A stretch of 63,128 nt of DNA, filler included, from Circinaria calcarea (GCA_051942165.1; 24 parts of 24 records of this genome joined end to end with filler, not necessarily neighbours in it), one strand, 5' to 3'; positions 12,208 to 23,947 are shown, counted from the first letter of the whole stretch. A program made the numbers and translations. Notes: generated by a model not told the origin, from the letters alone.

Positions 12208-13139
12208 CATCTGCATCGGCATCGCATCCCATCGCAACCGGGCTCGGCTCCGTTGCCCACTTTCAGCCCGGCAGAGACGAAAGAGATTTCACACGCACAC
12301 GCTCACGCTCACCACGCTCACGCTCACCACCCTTGACCCAGTTGACCCGGGCCTATTCGTCTGAATAATCAATCGTCTCGCTTTTCAACACCCAAACGCG
12401 GCCACACCCGTGCTCGACTCCACCTGCCAACCTACTTTACCTCTCCTCGAGACCTTCATTCAACCCTCCACCACATCATACTCCTGGTCCTATTCTCCTC
12501 CATCCCCCCATCCGATCGTTCTCATCTTCCTCTCCTTCGTCGTGGTCGCACCGTTCACGAAACGCCTCTCCTCGGTCCAACACACCGCCTTTGCAGTGTC
12601 CAATTTCCTTCGGGACCCGGCCTTTTCAACCACCCGCCCCTGCTTCCGGAATTCTCAACACCAGCAGAAACGGGAAAAAGGTGCGAGGTGAAGCAGGAGT
12701 CATACGTGGAGTCATCTTGCCATCCGACGATTACTACACTTGCGAATTTCATCGTCTCCCTTCCTTTAATCGTTCTCGTCGCGCCCACTGGTACAGTTAA
12801 CCTCCCGGCCCGGTACCAACGCCGCTGTCCCGCTCGCAACCAACCCATGGCTAAGCGCTCATAAAATTTTCCGTCGTTCTGACGAAATCTTGAAAGGACG
12901 AGCTTCTGCGTCCAGATCCTCGTAGCAGTTCCTTCGAACTACTCGGAGTCGAGCGAGCTTTTCACTAAGACTTGTCAACTTTGAACTTCCTCCAGCGTGC
13001 TACGAGACCTTGCGACAATCATCCAGCAGTCCCTCTGCATCTTTCCGACACCCGTCTGGCCACAGCTCATCCTCTCCTCCGCGACTCCACTTTCCTTTCA
13101 GTCCTGTTTGATTGTCCGTTTGGCTTAGCGATCCTGTTC
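12208..13139 (+). promoter_or_regulatory. Probable long pyrimidine-rich 5' leader with one short uORF (12847-12864, MAKRS*)
   Basis: CT-rich region with only one plus-strand ATG in about 930 nt. The downstream gene is not on the contig. Confidence 0.4.
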
Positions 13140-13380
13140 NNNNNNNNNNNNNNNNNNNNNNNNNNNNNNNNNNNNNNNNNNNNTTAATTAATTAANNNNN
13201 NNNNNNNNNNNNNNNNNNNNNNNNNNNNNNNNNNNNNNNTATACTGGAGAAATAGCATAGAGCGTTTCGCGCTGCTAGTAGTTCTGAGAATCTCTAAAAC
13301 TCCTCATTTATACTGATCTATAGCACTAAGTTTGCTGTCCCCGTCCTTGGCTGATTGAATCCCGACTAAAATGCATCTGA

Positions 13381-13929
13381 CTAAGCTTTTACCAGTCGGA
13401 CATGGAAAGGAGCTCGCTCCCAGGCGTTAAGGGTATTGTGCGATTCCCACACGAGCGGGCCTGCTCCCGCTCCACTGGCCATGTCAAATGTCCAGAGCAG
13501 GCAAGCCATCAAAAGTCGGATCTCCGCCCAAGCCAACGTGACGCCAGCGCAATTCCGAGGCCTAAAAGAGCAAGCCTGGATAGATAGCATCCTTGCGGTC
13601 TTTGACAAAGGTCTCAGAGTCGAATTGGAAATCAGTGCTTGATACTTCGTAGAGAGGTAAGGCGGGTGGAGTTGCGAGGCTGGTGGAAGCCAGCGCTCTG
13701 GGATAAAATTCCCAGGACGCATGGAGTTGTGTGGATACCTATCTGGGACTACGCTGACAATTGGACCGTATTCTTCATGGATGGGGAGTAGATCGCGATG
13801 GATCCTTCCTGCTTGCGTGGATAGAACCTACCGTATGCAGGTGATTCTCAATGGCAATGGACCGGGGAAACGAGCTAACGGGTGGAAAAACCAGTTATTA
13901 AGAACACTACCTACTTGCGATGCTACCAT
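13381..13929 (-). pseudogene. Cytochrome P450 pseudogene with large internal in-frame deletion
   Basis: N-terminal motifs FFHPLARFPGP and IHEEYGPIVSVVPD run straight into C-terminal FIPERW and a degenerate heme motif CSFRPRNCAG. In-frame TAG at 13828-13830. Confidence 0.85.
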
Positions 13930-13980
13930 CTAATGCCTCTGCTAGCTTACGAAGTCCTACAACGCATCTCGATCTTCCAT

Positions 13981-14963
13981 CTACGCCTTCGGTTTCTTCG
14001 CAATCATCAAATACATCGGTGTGAACAAACCTGCTTTACCCCCAGCAACAAGATTGTCTGCACCCAATGAAAGCTCATTTGCTGTTTCCGCCGTACCGGC
14101 TGGTGCCATCCGGACTGTCTCCAACGCTTTCAACAGTGTACTCATAGCGGTTCTACCCACTCTGGTCAGCCGCAACACACTCAACAAGTCCCATAAACTC
14201 CTGATATGTCGGAACTCGCCCGCTAGTGGGTAATACCACGGAACTTGATCAGGACGGGCGGCCAAGTCCTCCTCATACTCGACGGTGAAGCCTACCGCCT
14301 TGATGGCTTGCAATGCGTGTTTCCGAGGTGTCATGTTAGCAATGCCATCGCCACGCTCGATGCCTAAACGGATAGCACGGTGCTCAGGATTCCCATCGTC
14401 ATATTTGTCTGTCATAACCCATTCGAAGACGCCAAAGGTACCTCCAGGTTTAAGAACACGGTAGATTTGTTCGTATACACCTTGTAGTGATGGGGCATGC
14501 ACAGTAGCCTCAATTGCGTACACAGCATCGAAAGAGTCCTCCGGAAAGTTCATGTGCTGTTGAAAACCGTTAGACGCTGTTTTACTAAAGCTAGAATAAT
14601 CTCAACAAGCTAGCAATTGGCAATGTATTTCCCGAACTCACCATGAAGTCGCCTTTGACGAAAGAAACCTTGTCCGCCATGCCCTCTTTGTTCGCATACT
14701 CTATCGCTCGCTCGATTTGATAACTGTTGTTGTTCAAACCCACAACACTGCAACCAGTGAACGTAGCAATCTCTCTCGCTGGACATCCTACACCGCAGCC
14801 CACATCCAGTACTTTCATGCCCTCCTGAATATTGATCTTGTATGCCAGATAATGCTCGTGTCTGGCAAGAGCCTGCAGCAGAGATTCACCAACAGCGAAG
14901 CGGCAGAAGTGAAAAGATTGAGCCCATCCTTCCTCGTAGAGATCGGTAGCAAGGTCGTAGTAG
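13981..14963 (-). pseudogene. Sterol 24-C-methyltransferase (ERG6/SMT-like), 5' exon(s) missing
   Basis: [44 protein letters not shown], intron after KGDFM, YAIEATVHAP, LKPGG, LFTPMYL. No AG acceptor before YYD and no upstream N-terminal exon visible. Confidence 0.75.
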
Positions 14964-15003
14964 ATATTACAGCTTATGAGCGACCACTATCAAATGATGG
15001 ATT

Positions 15004-15022
15004 ACCCTAACCCTAACCCTGA
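15004..15022 (+). repeat. Interstitial telomeric repeat (CCCTAA)2-CCCTGA
   Basis: ACCCTAACCCTAACCCTGA. TTAGGG is the telomere unit of filamentous ascomycetes. Confidence 0.75.
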
Positions 15023-15650
15023 ATTTTGACAGATACACACCTGCCAGTTTCAGAACGCTGAGCTTAATAACCTTTCTTTCCTTTTCCTTTACTATATATA
15101 CTAGCTGTGGTGTATGCTTTAGATTTATATAGTACTCATGGTGACAGGCTTATTATTATGAAGATGAATAGAAAACCGCAACCCCAAACCCAACCGAGCT
15201 TTCCCAAATTTCAATATCTATACAGTAAGCCTAATGTATATCATCTCGAATTTGTGGAAGCCATATGGTATCGTTGCAAACAATGAGGGCCGGGCTTACT
15301 GAGGAACCGAGGACTTTGATATTTTTGGGGATCTGTGCACAGTGCGTAGTGGGATCTTGAAAGTGGAGGAAAAGGGAAGGGAGAAAGGCGAGTAAGGGAA
15401 TGTCACGTGTTATGATACCATACTCAGCCGTAGGAGTTTAGCCTCAAGATATCTAAGGCCCGCCAGGCTCAAAATCTGGCTTGCTGCCTAATACCCAAAC
15501 AGACACACTTCGTATCGCGACTTTCTCAGCAAGCAACAGAGTCGAGCATCGATAAAGCAATACTTTGTAATATATATCGGAACTTCTCATCAGTGAAGGT
15601 AGTACATTGTTGCTTCAATAAAATTTCTGTTGGAAGCATCAGCTATCGGC

Positions 15651-15783
15651 ATGGATCCACTCAGCGTATCCGCAAGCATCACTGCGCTCCTACAGCTTAC
15701 TTCAACGGTCGTCAGCTATATCAGCGCAGTGAAAGATGCTTCGAAAGACCGTTCTAGGTGCCTCAACGAAGCTTCAAGTCTAC
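15651..15783 (+). CDS. N-terminal domain of a fungal STAND/NLR-type protein (HeLo-like/SesA-like), 5' part only
   Basis: MDPLSVSASITALLQLTSTVVSYISAVKDASKDRSRCLNEASSL is a typical start of fungal NACHT/ankyrin NLR-like proteins. Truncated by the contig end. Confidence 0.7.
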
Positions 15784-16260
15784 NNNNNNNNNNNNNNNNN
15801 NNNNNNNNNNNNNNNNNNNNNNNNNNNTTAATTAATTAANNNNNNNNNNNNNNNNNNNNNNNNNNNNNNNNNNNNNNNNNNNNCTTCAATGTTAATAACA
15901 TTGGAGCTATGTAAAGCTAGGCTGAGGGAATTTTCCGTGCAGGGTATCTATTGGCTGGAGCTATAGTTATTCCGCGCCTAGGTTTACATTACACCAACAT
16001 AACAGAATTTGCGAAAGCCCCCAATTCTTCGAAAACAGCGTCAAGCATTGGGAAAGGAAAGACAACTTGGACCGCATCTGATTGGCTTCCCAGAATCTCA
16101 CATCAGATTCGCCAACCAAGTCTGCAACAAAAGACCTGCTCTTACTTGTCACGAAGGGTGAGTATAGGAGAATAAGGATGCATTGTCTAGATAGGGGTGT
16201 TACATTCGCTGATAGTTTTTGATTATATAATGTCAAATAAAAAATCTATCTTAGATTACT

Positions 16261-16332
16261 GGCCTACTGGCCCAATGGCAAGGCGCTTGACTACGAATCA
16301 AGAGATTGCAGGTTCGATCCCTGCGTAGGTCA
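16261..16332 (+). tRNA. tRNA-Arg(ACG), intronless
   Basis: Acceptor stem GGCCTAC/GTAGGTC, D-arm TGGCCCAATGG, anticodon arm CTTGA-CTACGAA-TCAAG, T-arm GCAGG-TTCGATC-CCTGC, downstream T-run terminator. Confidence 0.95.
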
Positions 16333-16896
16333 AAAGTTTTGCTTCCAGTACATATTCTGCATCTTTCATTTTTTAATCCCATTAGACATTTTCCGCCTCT
16401 CGGATTTAATAAGTCGTGAGACTTCCGAGGTTCTGCCTGCTACACGTCCTTACACGCACTTCTGCGGGCTTACAATAGATAGAACAAGAGAATAATTGTT
16501 CTCTTGATTATGACCTCGGTCTAACACGAGCTTAAGCTCACATGGAGGTTTGGGGACTTTCTAGACGGGACAAATAATTACTGGAATGTACTATTTGCTC
16601 ATAAATTTCTGTGCACAGGGTGCCTCGGAAGTCTCACGACTTATGCTGCCCCCTGTGGATAATGCTCGCGGGGCACATCTCTGCCCTATGGTATCTGACT
16701 TTACTCCCCTGACTGCCAAGATTTCACTTCGCTACTTCTACGCAATCGCACATTTAAGAAATCGGATATGCCCGAGTGATGGTCAAGTATTTCCCTTGAA
16801 TACACGTAAATACGAGCCTCTGCCGCGAATGCTCACAACGTCAAACTGGCTTCCATTCCATACAGATTTAAATCCGGTGGCGGACTGGCTCCAGTA

Positions 16897-18421
16897 ATGG
16901 ATGGCCACCACCACCGATGTACTACGAAGTCATCTCATAAACCGTTCAAGTCAAAGCATGCCACCAAAAGTCTAATCAAGGACTTGACAAAAGGTCAGTG
17001 CCTGAGAACCGCGCTGAAAGCTTATAGCTGACATCCAATAGGTAAAGTTGAGAACGGCACGCAGAGAAACCGTAAGTCGCTGCACCAACAAGTCATGTCG
17101 AAGATTGAGCGGAGACACCAAGCACGCCAGAAAAAGCAGTTGAAGCATCAGCAAAACACCAAACTCACCACTGTCTTCTCTGGGCTCAATGGTGCACCAA
17201 GGAATGTGGCAGTCGTACCATTGACGAAAGTTTGCGACGCGAAAGCTGCGATACAAAGGCTCAATGATGGACTAAACCTGGAAACGGATGTGCCGGCGGA
17301 AGGCCTGGCGAAGATTCGAGTCGACCGTTTTAGGCAAAATCTTCAGTACATACCGGTGCAACGAGACTTAATGTATGTGCTCGATGCTTGTCGAGTCGCG
17401 GATTTCGTGATATTTATACTGTCATCTTCCGAAGAGGCAGATGAAATAGGGGAGCTACTTTTACGAGCTGTTGAGAATCAAGGAGTTTCCAATGTTCTTA
17501 CAGTAGTACAAGATATAGATGAGGTCGAGCCATCCAAACGGCGACCACAGGTTCTCGCTTCTCTAAAGTCATATATAAACCATTTCTTTCCTGAGCAGGA
17601 AAAGGTACACAGTCTCGATTCGCATCAAGACTGTGCCAACGTGGTTCGTTCTCTTTGCACAACTACTCCGAAGGGTGTTAGGTGGCGAGAAGCCAGAAGT
17701 TGGATGCTTATCGAGGCTGTCCAATGGCCAAGCGTTGACAACAATCATCCCCTCACACGCGGTGAAGTCGTACTTTCTGGTGTTGTTAGAGGCAAGGGTC
17801 TTAAAGCCAATAGACTAGTTCAAGTTGGCGATTGGGGTACTTTTCAAATTGAGAAGATCACTGCGGCAGCCCTACCAAATCTCAAGAAGCGGAAGGCAGA
17901 CGAGATGGCACTAGATGAGCCTCAAGATGGAACAGTGCTCGAGGTACCAGATGAGCATCAAGAACAGCTTACAGATCTCGCCCCAGATGACATCACAATG
18001 GAAGACGACACTGGTGCAGCAAGCTCCGAAGCTCCCACTGAGAAGAAAGGAGTCCTACTTGACGATCATCATTACTTTTCTGACGATGAGACTCATCTCC
18101 CAGAGGCGCCCAAACGTCTACCCAAAGGGACCTCGTCCTATCAAGCTGCTTGGTTCCTTGGGGATATGTCAGATTCTGGTTCAGATGATGAAGATCTCCT
18201 AGAGGAAGATGGTGATGTTGCAATGGATGTACCTGCACTACCCCAGGACGGGCTCGAAGGACTCGACCGGGCTACTCAGAGGGATCCCACCGAGTTGGCC
18301 GCTTCAGAATATCCTCAATCGGAGATGTTCCTTGATCCTTCTCCTAACGAGGAAGCTGAAGAGCTTGCGGCTTATAGGTCACTTCGGAGAAATGAAGCGG
18401 ACGAGGACCTTGAGTTTCCAG
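16897..18421 (+). CDS. TSR1: Pre-40S ribosome biogenesis factor TSR1 (3' truncated)
   Basis: Exon 16897-16993, intron 16994-17041, exon 17042->18421. HHHRCTTK..HKPFKSKHATK, LDACRVADFV, VRGKGLKANRLVQVGDWG, KRLPKGTSSYQAAW, EDLEFP. Confidence 0.92.
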
Positions 18422-19070
18422 NNNNNNNNNNNNNNNNNNNNNNNNNNNNNNNNNNNNNNNNNNNNTTAATTAATTAANNNNNNNNNNNNNNNNNNNNNNN
18501 NNNNNNNNNNNNNNNNNNNNNCTCGCATCGTTGCGGACAAAGGTAATACCTGATTCGAACTCTTAGCCCTTTCTATGCCGGCATTAGAATCAAGAATCAA
18601 GAATCAAACCTTTGGAGGGGTAGCAGGGCTGCGAGCAAAAGTAGCAGGTCTCAATCCTAGACATACATGAGCAAAAATTCTAGACTCTAGGCCAGGGTGT
18701 AAAACACACCTCATGACTGGGAGGTAGTAACGTCCACTATTAAGCCGCCGAAGTCGATGTTCAGACAATTGTTGGAAGCCATTTCGAACGGCGCAAAAAA
18801 CTTTACGGCGGATACGAAGTCGCTCAATTCAACCTCGGCGACCGTAGGAGGACAGAATCCTTAGTATAAGCCGGGTGTCGGGAAGACTAGGAGCTAGCGT
18901 TGAGCTAATAAATAGTAGCTTGTAGGGCTGAATGCAGGATGTTTGTAGACGCCCGGCGTGAAATAGCCGACATTTTTGAAAAGTTCGCCGCTCACCACGT
19001 TCTATCTTCTACACTTCATTTGAATCCCTCCTGTTACATATACTGTTGCACTCGCCAGGAGCTCTGAAGT

Positions 19071-19510
19071 ATGGCCACAGCACTAGCTGTCGGAGTCGGT
19101 GTTGCCGCCGCAGCGTTCCTCGTGAGTACGATTCAACAACCCCACAAGAAGAACATAAAGCTGACTAGACTATGCAAGGGTCGCGCTGGACTTGTTGCTA
19201 TGCGCAAATATCGAGGTGGCGCGGCAGGCGTATCGGCATTGGGAAAAGCATATTACAAAGGGGGCTTCGAGCCTAGGATGAATCGCAGGGAGGCCGCTCT
19301 CATTTTGCAACTCAGGTAAATGGCGCTGAAGATCATGGAATCTCTCGTAAACTAATGAGGTGCTTTGGCAGTGAAAGAACACTTTCAAAAGACAAAATAC
19401 GGAAAAACCATAGGCAGCTCATGTTATTGAACCATCCAGACCGAGGAGGGAGCCCCTATCTTGCAACCAAGGTCAACGAGGCGAAAGAGTTTCTGGAGAA
19501 GAATTCATAA
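19071..19510 (+). CDS. PAM18: Mitochondrial import motor J-protein PAM18/TIM14
   Basis: Exons 19071-19121, 19179-19315, 19372-19510. [19 protein letters not shown]...[29 protein letters not shown]. Confidence 0.95.
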
Positions 19511-20123
19511 CATTGCTGGGAGTTTCAAAAGTTTGCATAGCGACGGTGTTTGGATTAATATAGGACAGCGCTACCGGAGCTGATCTCTTCTCTACTGTAC
19601 AAAATTTTGTCTCTAGACCTTTCATACCAATATCGAGGACGCTGGAGGCTACTACGTGTACAAGTTTTATCCTATGGCGTTCTATTCTATGGCGTGGGAT
19701 TTATGCATTAAGTTCAAAGGCGCGGGGCCTGTCGTTGTATATTCGGGAGGAAGCCACGAAGGAGAATTTTGACTGTCGAGCAGAACGGCAAGTCACTATC
19801 TTCATCATGTTCCTTTGATGTACGTCTTTCAACGGTGAAAAATACATCTACCCTATACCTCATAAATGTAGCTAAAGGAGGTGTTCAGACGTGCACACGC
19901 CAAAACACCTCTTTATTTGTCAATTGCATTTCAGCCATTTTACGAGCGGCATTCCGGGACAAAGACTGACACGTCATCTATCTCTTAGCTCTTCAAGCAA
20001 GATACTTTAACATTACTCTAACGTTCAGGCATCTCGAGTTTAGCTAAAGGTTGGATTTTAGAAAAACGCCTTCCATGAGTTGTTGCAGCAGCAGCAGCAG
20101 CAAACAAAGCAGTCTGGCATCAG

Positions 20124-21059
20124 CTACGTTGCTTCTGTTCTCTCAATCATATCAGTGATCAATTTGGCAAATGCAGCTCTTTCCTCCATTAGCAAAACAT
20201 GACCCCGTCCCTGGAAGATGACTCTTTTCACACCCAAATCTTCTCCGCCAAGCTCTTTTACTAGCGTTTCTGCATGAGGCACTGTAATCATGTTGTCGAC
20301 AGTCCCGTGTACAACTTGAATTCTCTCCCGGCCAAGATTAGCTCCTAGCTGCTCTAACTGCTTTGCACTCTTATGGTGCCACCCTGCAGCAATGGCTTGG
20401 CATATGAACCCCTTCCTAGTAAAGCCCTCTGTATCTAGCCTTTTCTTAACCTCCTGTGCAGCAAAGCGGTCTCCGTTAGTAGGAAAATTGCCATCAGCAT
20501 CCGGCTCTGCTAGCCAGGATTCACTAAACAGTCGAGTTTTGATTTCATCTAATTGAGCATCGATGGCCTTGGGAATGCTGTGCTTGTTATACAAGGTGAG
20601 GTCTAGAGAAGCGCTGTGAATGACCTACAAAAGGTTGATGCGGTTTCGCAGATTCTCAACGAAGCCCTTGGGCATGTCAACCAAGGAAAGCTTGGAAGGC
20701 TTAGGGAACCTACCACAGTATTGACAAGGCGTGCGGCGGTCGATATCAAAGAAAGAGAGGCTATCCTTGTAGGCTCCAGCATAGCCTAATCTTCGGTCAG
20801 TAAAGAAGATCTCCGGCAACATCCCGTTTCATGCGCATTCAGAGATACCATTTCTTGCGCTATCATACCACCCATACTAACCCCGATGACATGAACTTGT
20901 CGTTCAGATGTCCAACCGAGGTGATTGAGCAGCTCCAACGTGTCTTTGGCCATCTCGGACGTGGAGTATCGTGCGAGAGGCTTGTCGGACTCGCCCATAC
21001 CCCTATTGTCGAAAACCAAGCAAGAATACTTCGACCCCTGGTCATGACCAAAGTCTTTC
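20124..21059 (-). CDS. Alpha/beta hydrolase (5' truncated, multi-exon)
   Basis: VFDNRGMGES, nucleophile elbow GVSMGG, HGTVDNMI (acid), GRGHVL (His). GT-AG introns between 20580 and 20850. Confidence 0.85.
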
Positions 21060-23847
21060 NNNNNNNNNNNNNNNNNNNNNNNNNNNNNNNNNNNNNNNNN
21101 NNNTTAATTAATTAANNNNNNNNNNNNNNNNNNNNNNNNNNNNNNNNNNNNNNNNNNNNTATGCAGCTAGATGTCTAGCTCTGCGGCCAATGGCCCAACG
21201 GGACTGCTCTAAGCCATTTCCGAGACGCTTAGAAGATGACACCTCGAAGCAGGATAGATTCGGATACACGTTGCACTATCACACCTACTGACTCGGGGAC
21301 TTAGGTAGCTGCAAAGCTAGTCAATCGAGCTCAACAGGATCAAGCTCAGCAGGATCAAGCTCGGGGTGAAAACATTGAGAATCATCAAACTCTCACTACG
21401 ACCCACTCTCGTCGACCAGGGTGAATTAAGCTTTCTTACCATGTGGTTTCTGCTATGGTGTGGTCATCGATCATGGTAAGTACCTTGTGCTACAGTATAG
21501 GACGGTTTCTCCGGACTAACCCTCATTGAATTGCCAGGGCGCACTTGTGGCTGCTGAACGAACCCTTTCGGAGTCATTATCGTGGACTAGCATATCAGAT
21601 AAACCTTAGGGTAGTGCTATACTTGGCTAGACGCGGTTGTGGCTGAGACACGATGGCGGTTCGGGCGCCATGGAAACGGATTCCAGAGAGTCCTTGATTG
21701 AATAAAGTTGTTGGTACATAAACCTTGAGAGATTGGTAGACCACTTTCCCAGATTCTTTCCGTGAACCACAAGGCAACTGATTGAGTCGGATGACCGACA
21801 TCACCGATCCTTCACTCTTCAATGGTATTTCCACTTATTTACTACGAGCCGATCATTTTGACAAACCTGCCGAAGCATATAGTTGATTGTCGACTCGCCG
21901 ACTAAACCTCTTGCTCTCGGGGAGACTATTTCTTCAACAATCACTTCACCCACCTAAGAAAATCCAGTTCTTTGGCCCTTTGAAACCTCCTCCCCTGTGT
22001 CTTCCTGTGAGAGATGCATGGCTGCTGGCTCATTCCATCACTACACAGATACTGAAAAGCACCATGTATCCCCTGTTTTCCTGGGTTATGATCGATCGGT
22101 ACAAATATGCAAAGCCTCCCCCCCTTCCCAAACTCTTCTTCGCCAAACTTGCCCAACCCTCGGGTTTTTTACCCATTGTGGCTTCTATATCTTGCTATTC
22201 TCCTCATATTCTATCCATTGAATGCATATTCCCATTCTCTCTTCCCTACTTTCGCTCTACGGAATCCTGATCTTTTCACTGTCTTGTCTTGGAAACCGTC
22301 CTCCCCGAGAGATCCAGCGCAGTGCTCACGTCCGTCGTGGTTGCTGAGGCACCCTGTACCCATCAGGCGGCATTTCAATGAGGAAAGCTACAGAATTCCA
22401 CTCTCCTAACCCTCCAGGTACCCGTTCGAAGTCAAATCGCAAACGCAAAAAAACAGAGCGCGGTTTGTAAGGCGAAAGGAAGAGTTAGTAAGCAGGTAAG
22501 TGGGAGGTGCTTATCAAAAGGATTCTCAAATCCCCCGAATGGAAACGCGATCACGAACCTTCTCCCTTCCCCCGGTTCGATCGCGAAGATGTCAGTACCT
22601 TTACCTTTTCGTGCCAGGGCATGGATGATTTGAGTTGTTCGAAAGTTCCATATATGGGACTGGACGCGACGATGGAAAACGAACAGGAGATACCTAGGCG
22701 CCATGACGAAGGTGGAGGGGGGGTCCATTTTGGTACACCACAAGTCCCTCCCCACAATATCCCTCTCTCGTCTCTCACACATATTTTGAATAGGCCCCTT
22801 CTTCTCTTCCTTTGTTATCTACCGCCTTTCTTCTACCTTCTGCACTCTACCCCGCGTAAAGCTTCCCCCTGCCCTCTGCCTACAATCCAATCAATTTTCC
22901 TCTCGCCACTGGGGGATGCGCCTGGAGGGAAGAATTCTTTCCCCGTACCCGTAACCCGAAGAATCGGGGCAAAATCCAGTTGTCTCAAATGACGTCTCTG
23001 CCCTCGCCCCGCCCCGCCACGCCACGCCACGCCATGTCCTGGGGGGTTGAATAAGGTGTGGATCTGCGGGAGGGGGAAGGGGTAAGATAAGGGTACTTGG
23101 GCCCTCTTCTCCCCCCTTTGGCCCCTTCCTCTGGCTCTTAGCGGTACATTTGCAACTCCATCTCCCACTCCCTAATCATCCTGCATCTCCGTTGTTTTGG
23201 GAGGGGGGAGGGGGCGAAATGAGAAAGGGAGAACTGAATAGCAATAGCAATAGGAATAGGCCTGTTTGTTGAGGGAAAGGAAAAGGGAAAGGAAAAGGGG
23301 GGGGAATTGCTGGGACTCTAGTGCTGCGTCTACGTTGAAAAGGAGGGGGGGTGGTTTTGCATATCGGCACCCAAGCCAAAGGCGAAAGAGAAAGAGAGAA
23401 CAGCGGTGGGCGGAATAGGTCACTCCATTACTCCTACTCATTCCTCCTTTCTTTTTCCCTGTTTCTGTCCTTCTATCCTTCTATCCTTCCAGCCAGCCAA
23501 CCAGCCAGCCAGCCAGCAAGTCAGTTCAGCCAGCAAGTCAGTTCAGCCAGCCAGCCAGTAAAATACAAAGGCGAAAGCAATGCGAAAGCAAAGCGTAACA
23601 AGATTAGATCTCCATCAATATAGATGGGAATATAGAATATCAAATACGAATATATATGCGCTAGATCGATAGATAGATAGGTACCCCTTGTCCCCCNNNN
23701 NNNNNNNNNNNNNNNNNNNNNNNNNNNNNNNNNNNNNNNNTTAATTAATTAANNNNNNNNNNNNNNNNNNNNNNNNNNNNNNNNNNNNNNNNNNNNTATT
23801 TCTTCGTGTGGGAATTAATTAATATATAATATAATATATAATATATA

Positions 23848-23947
23848 AATTAATAATTTCGGTAAATTACGGTTCTATTTATTATTATTAGAAGGGTATC
23901 CCGGCTAGCTTGGCGAGGTGGGCCGTAATTTACCGAAACTATTAATT
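23848..23947. mobile_element. MITE-like 100-bp foldback flanked by TA, upstream of TTI1
   Basis: Arms 23847-23872 and 23923-23948 are reverse complements at 25/26 positions. TA on both sides (23846-47, 23948-49). Sits in very AT-rich sequence. Confidence 0.6.

Noticed and set aside
21160..23696. Possible telomerase RNA or other long ncRNA (CTAACCCTC at ~21516 and ~22405)
   Set aside because: Does not match a TAACCCTAA template and no other diagnostic structure was recognised.
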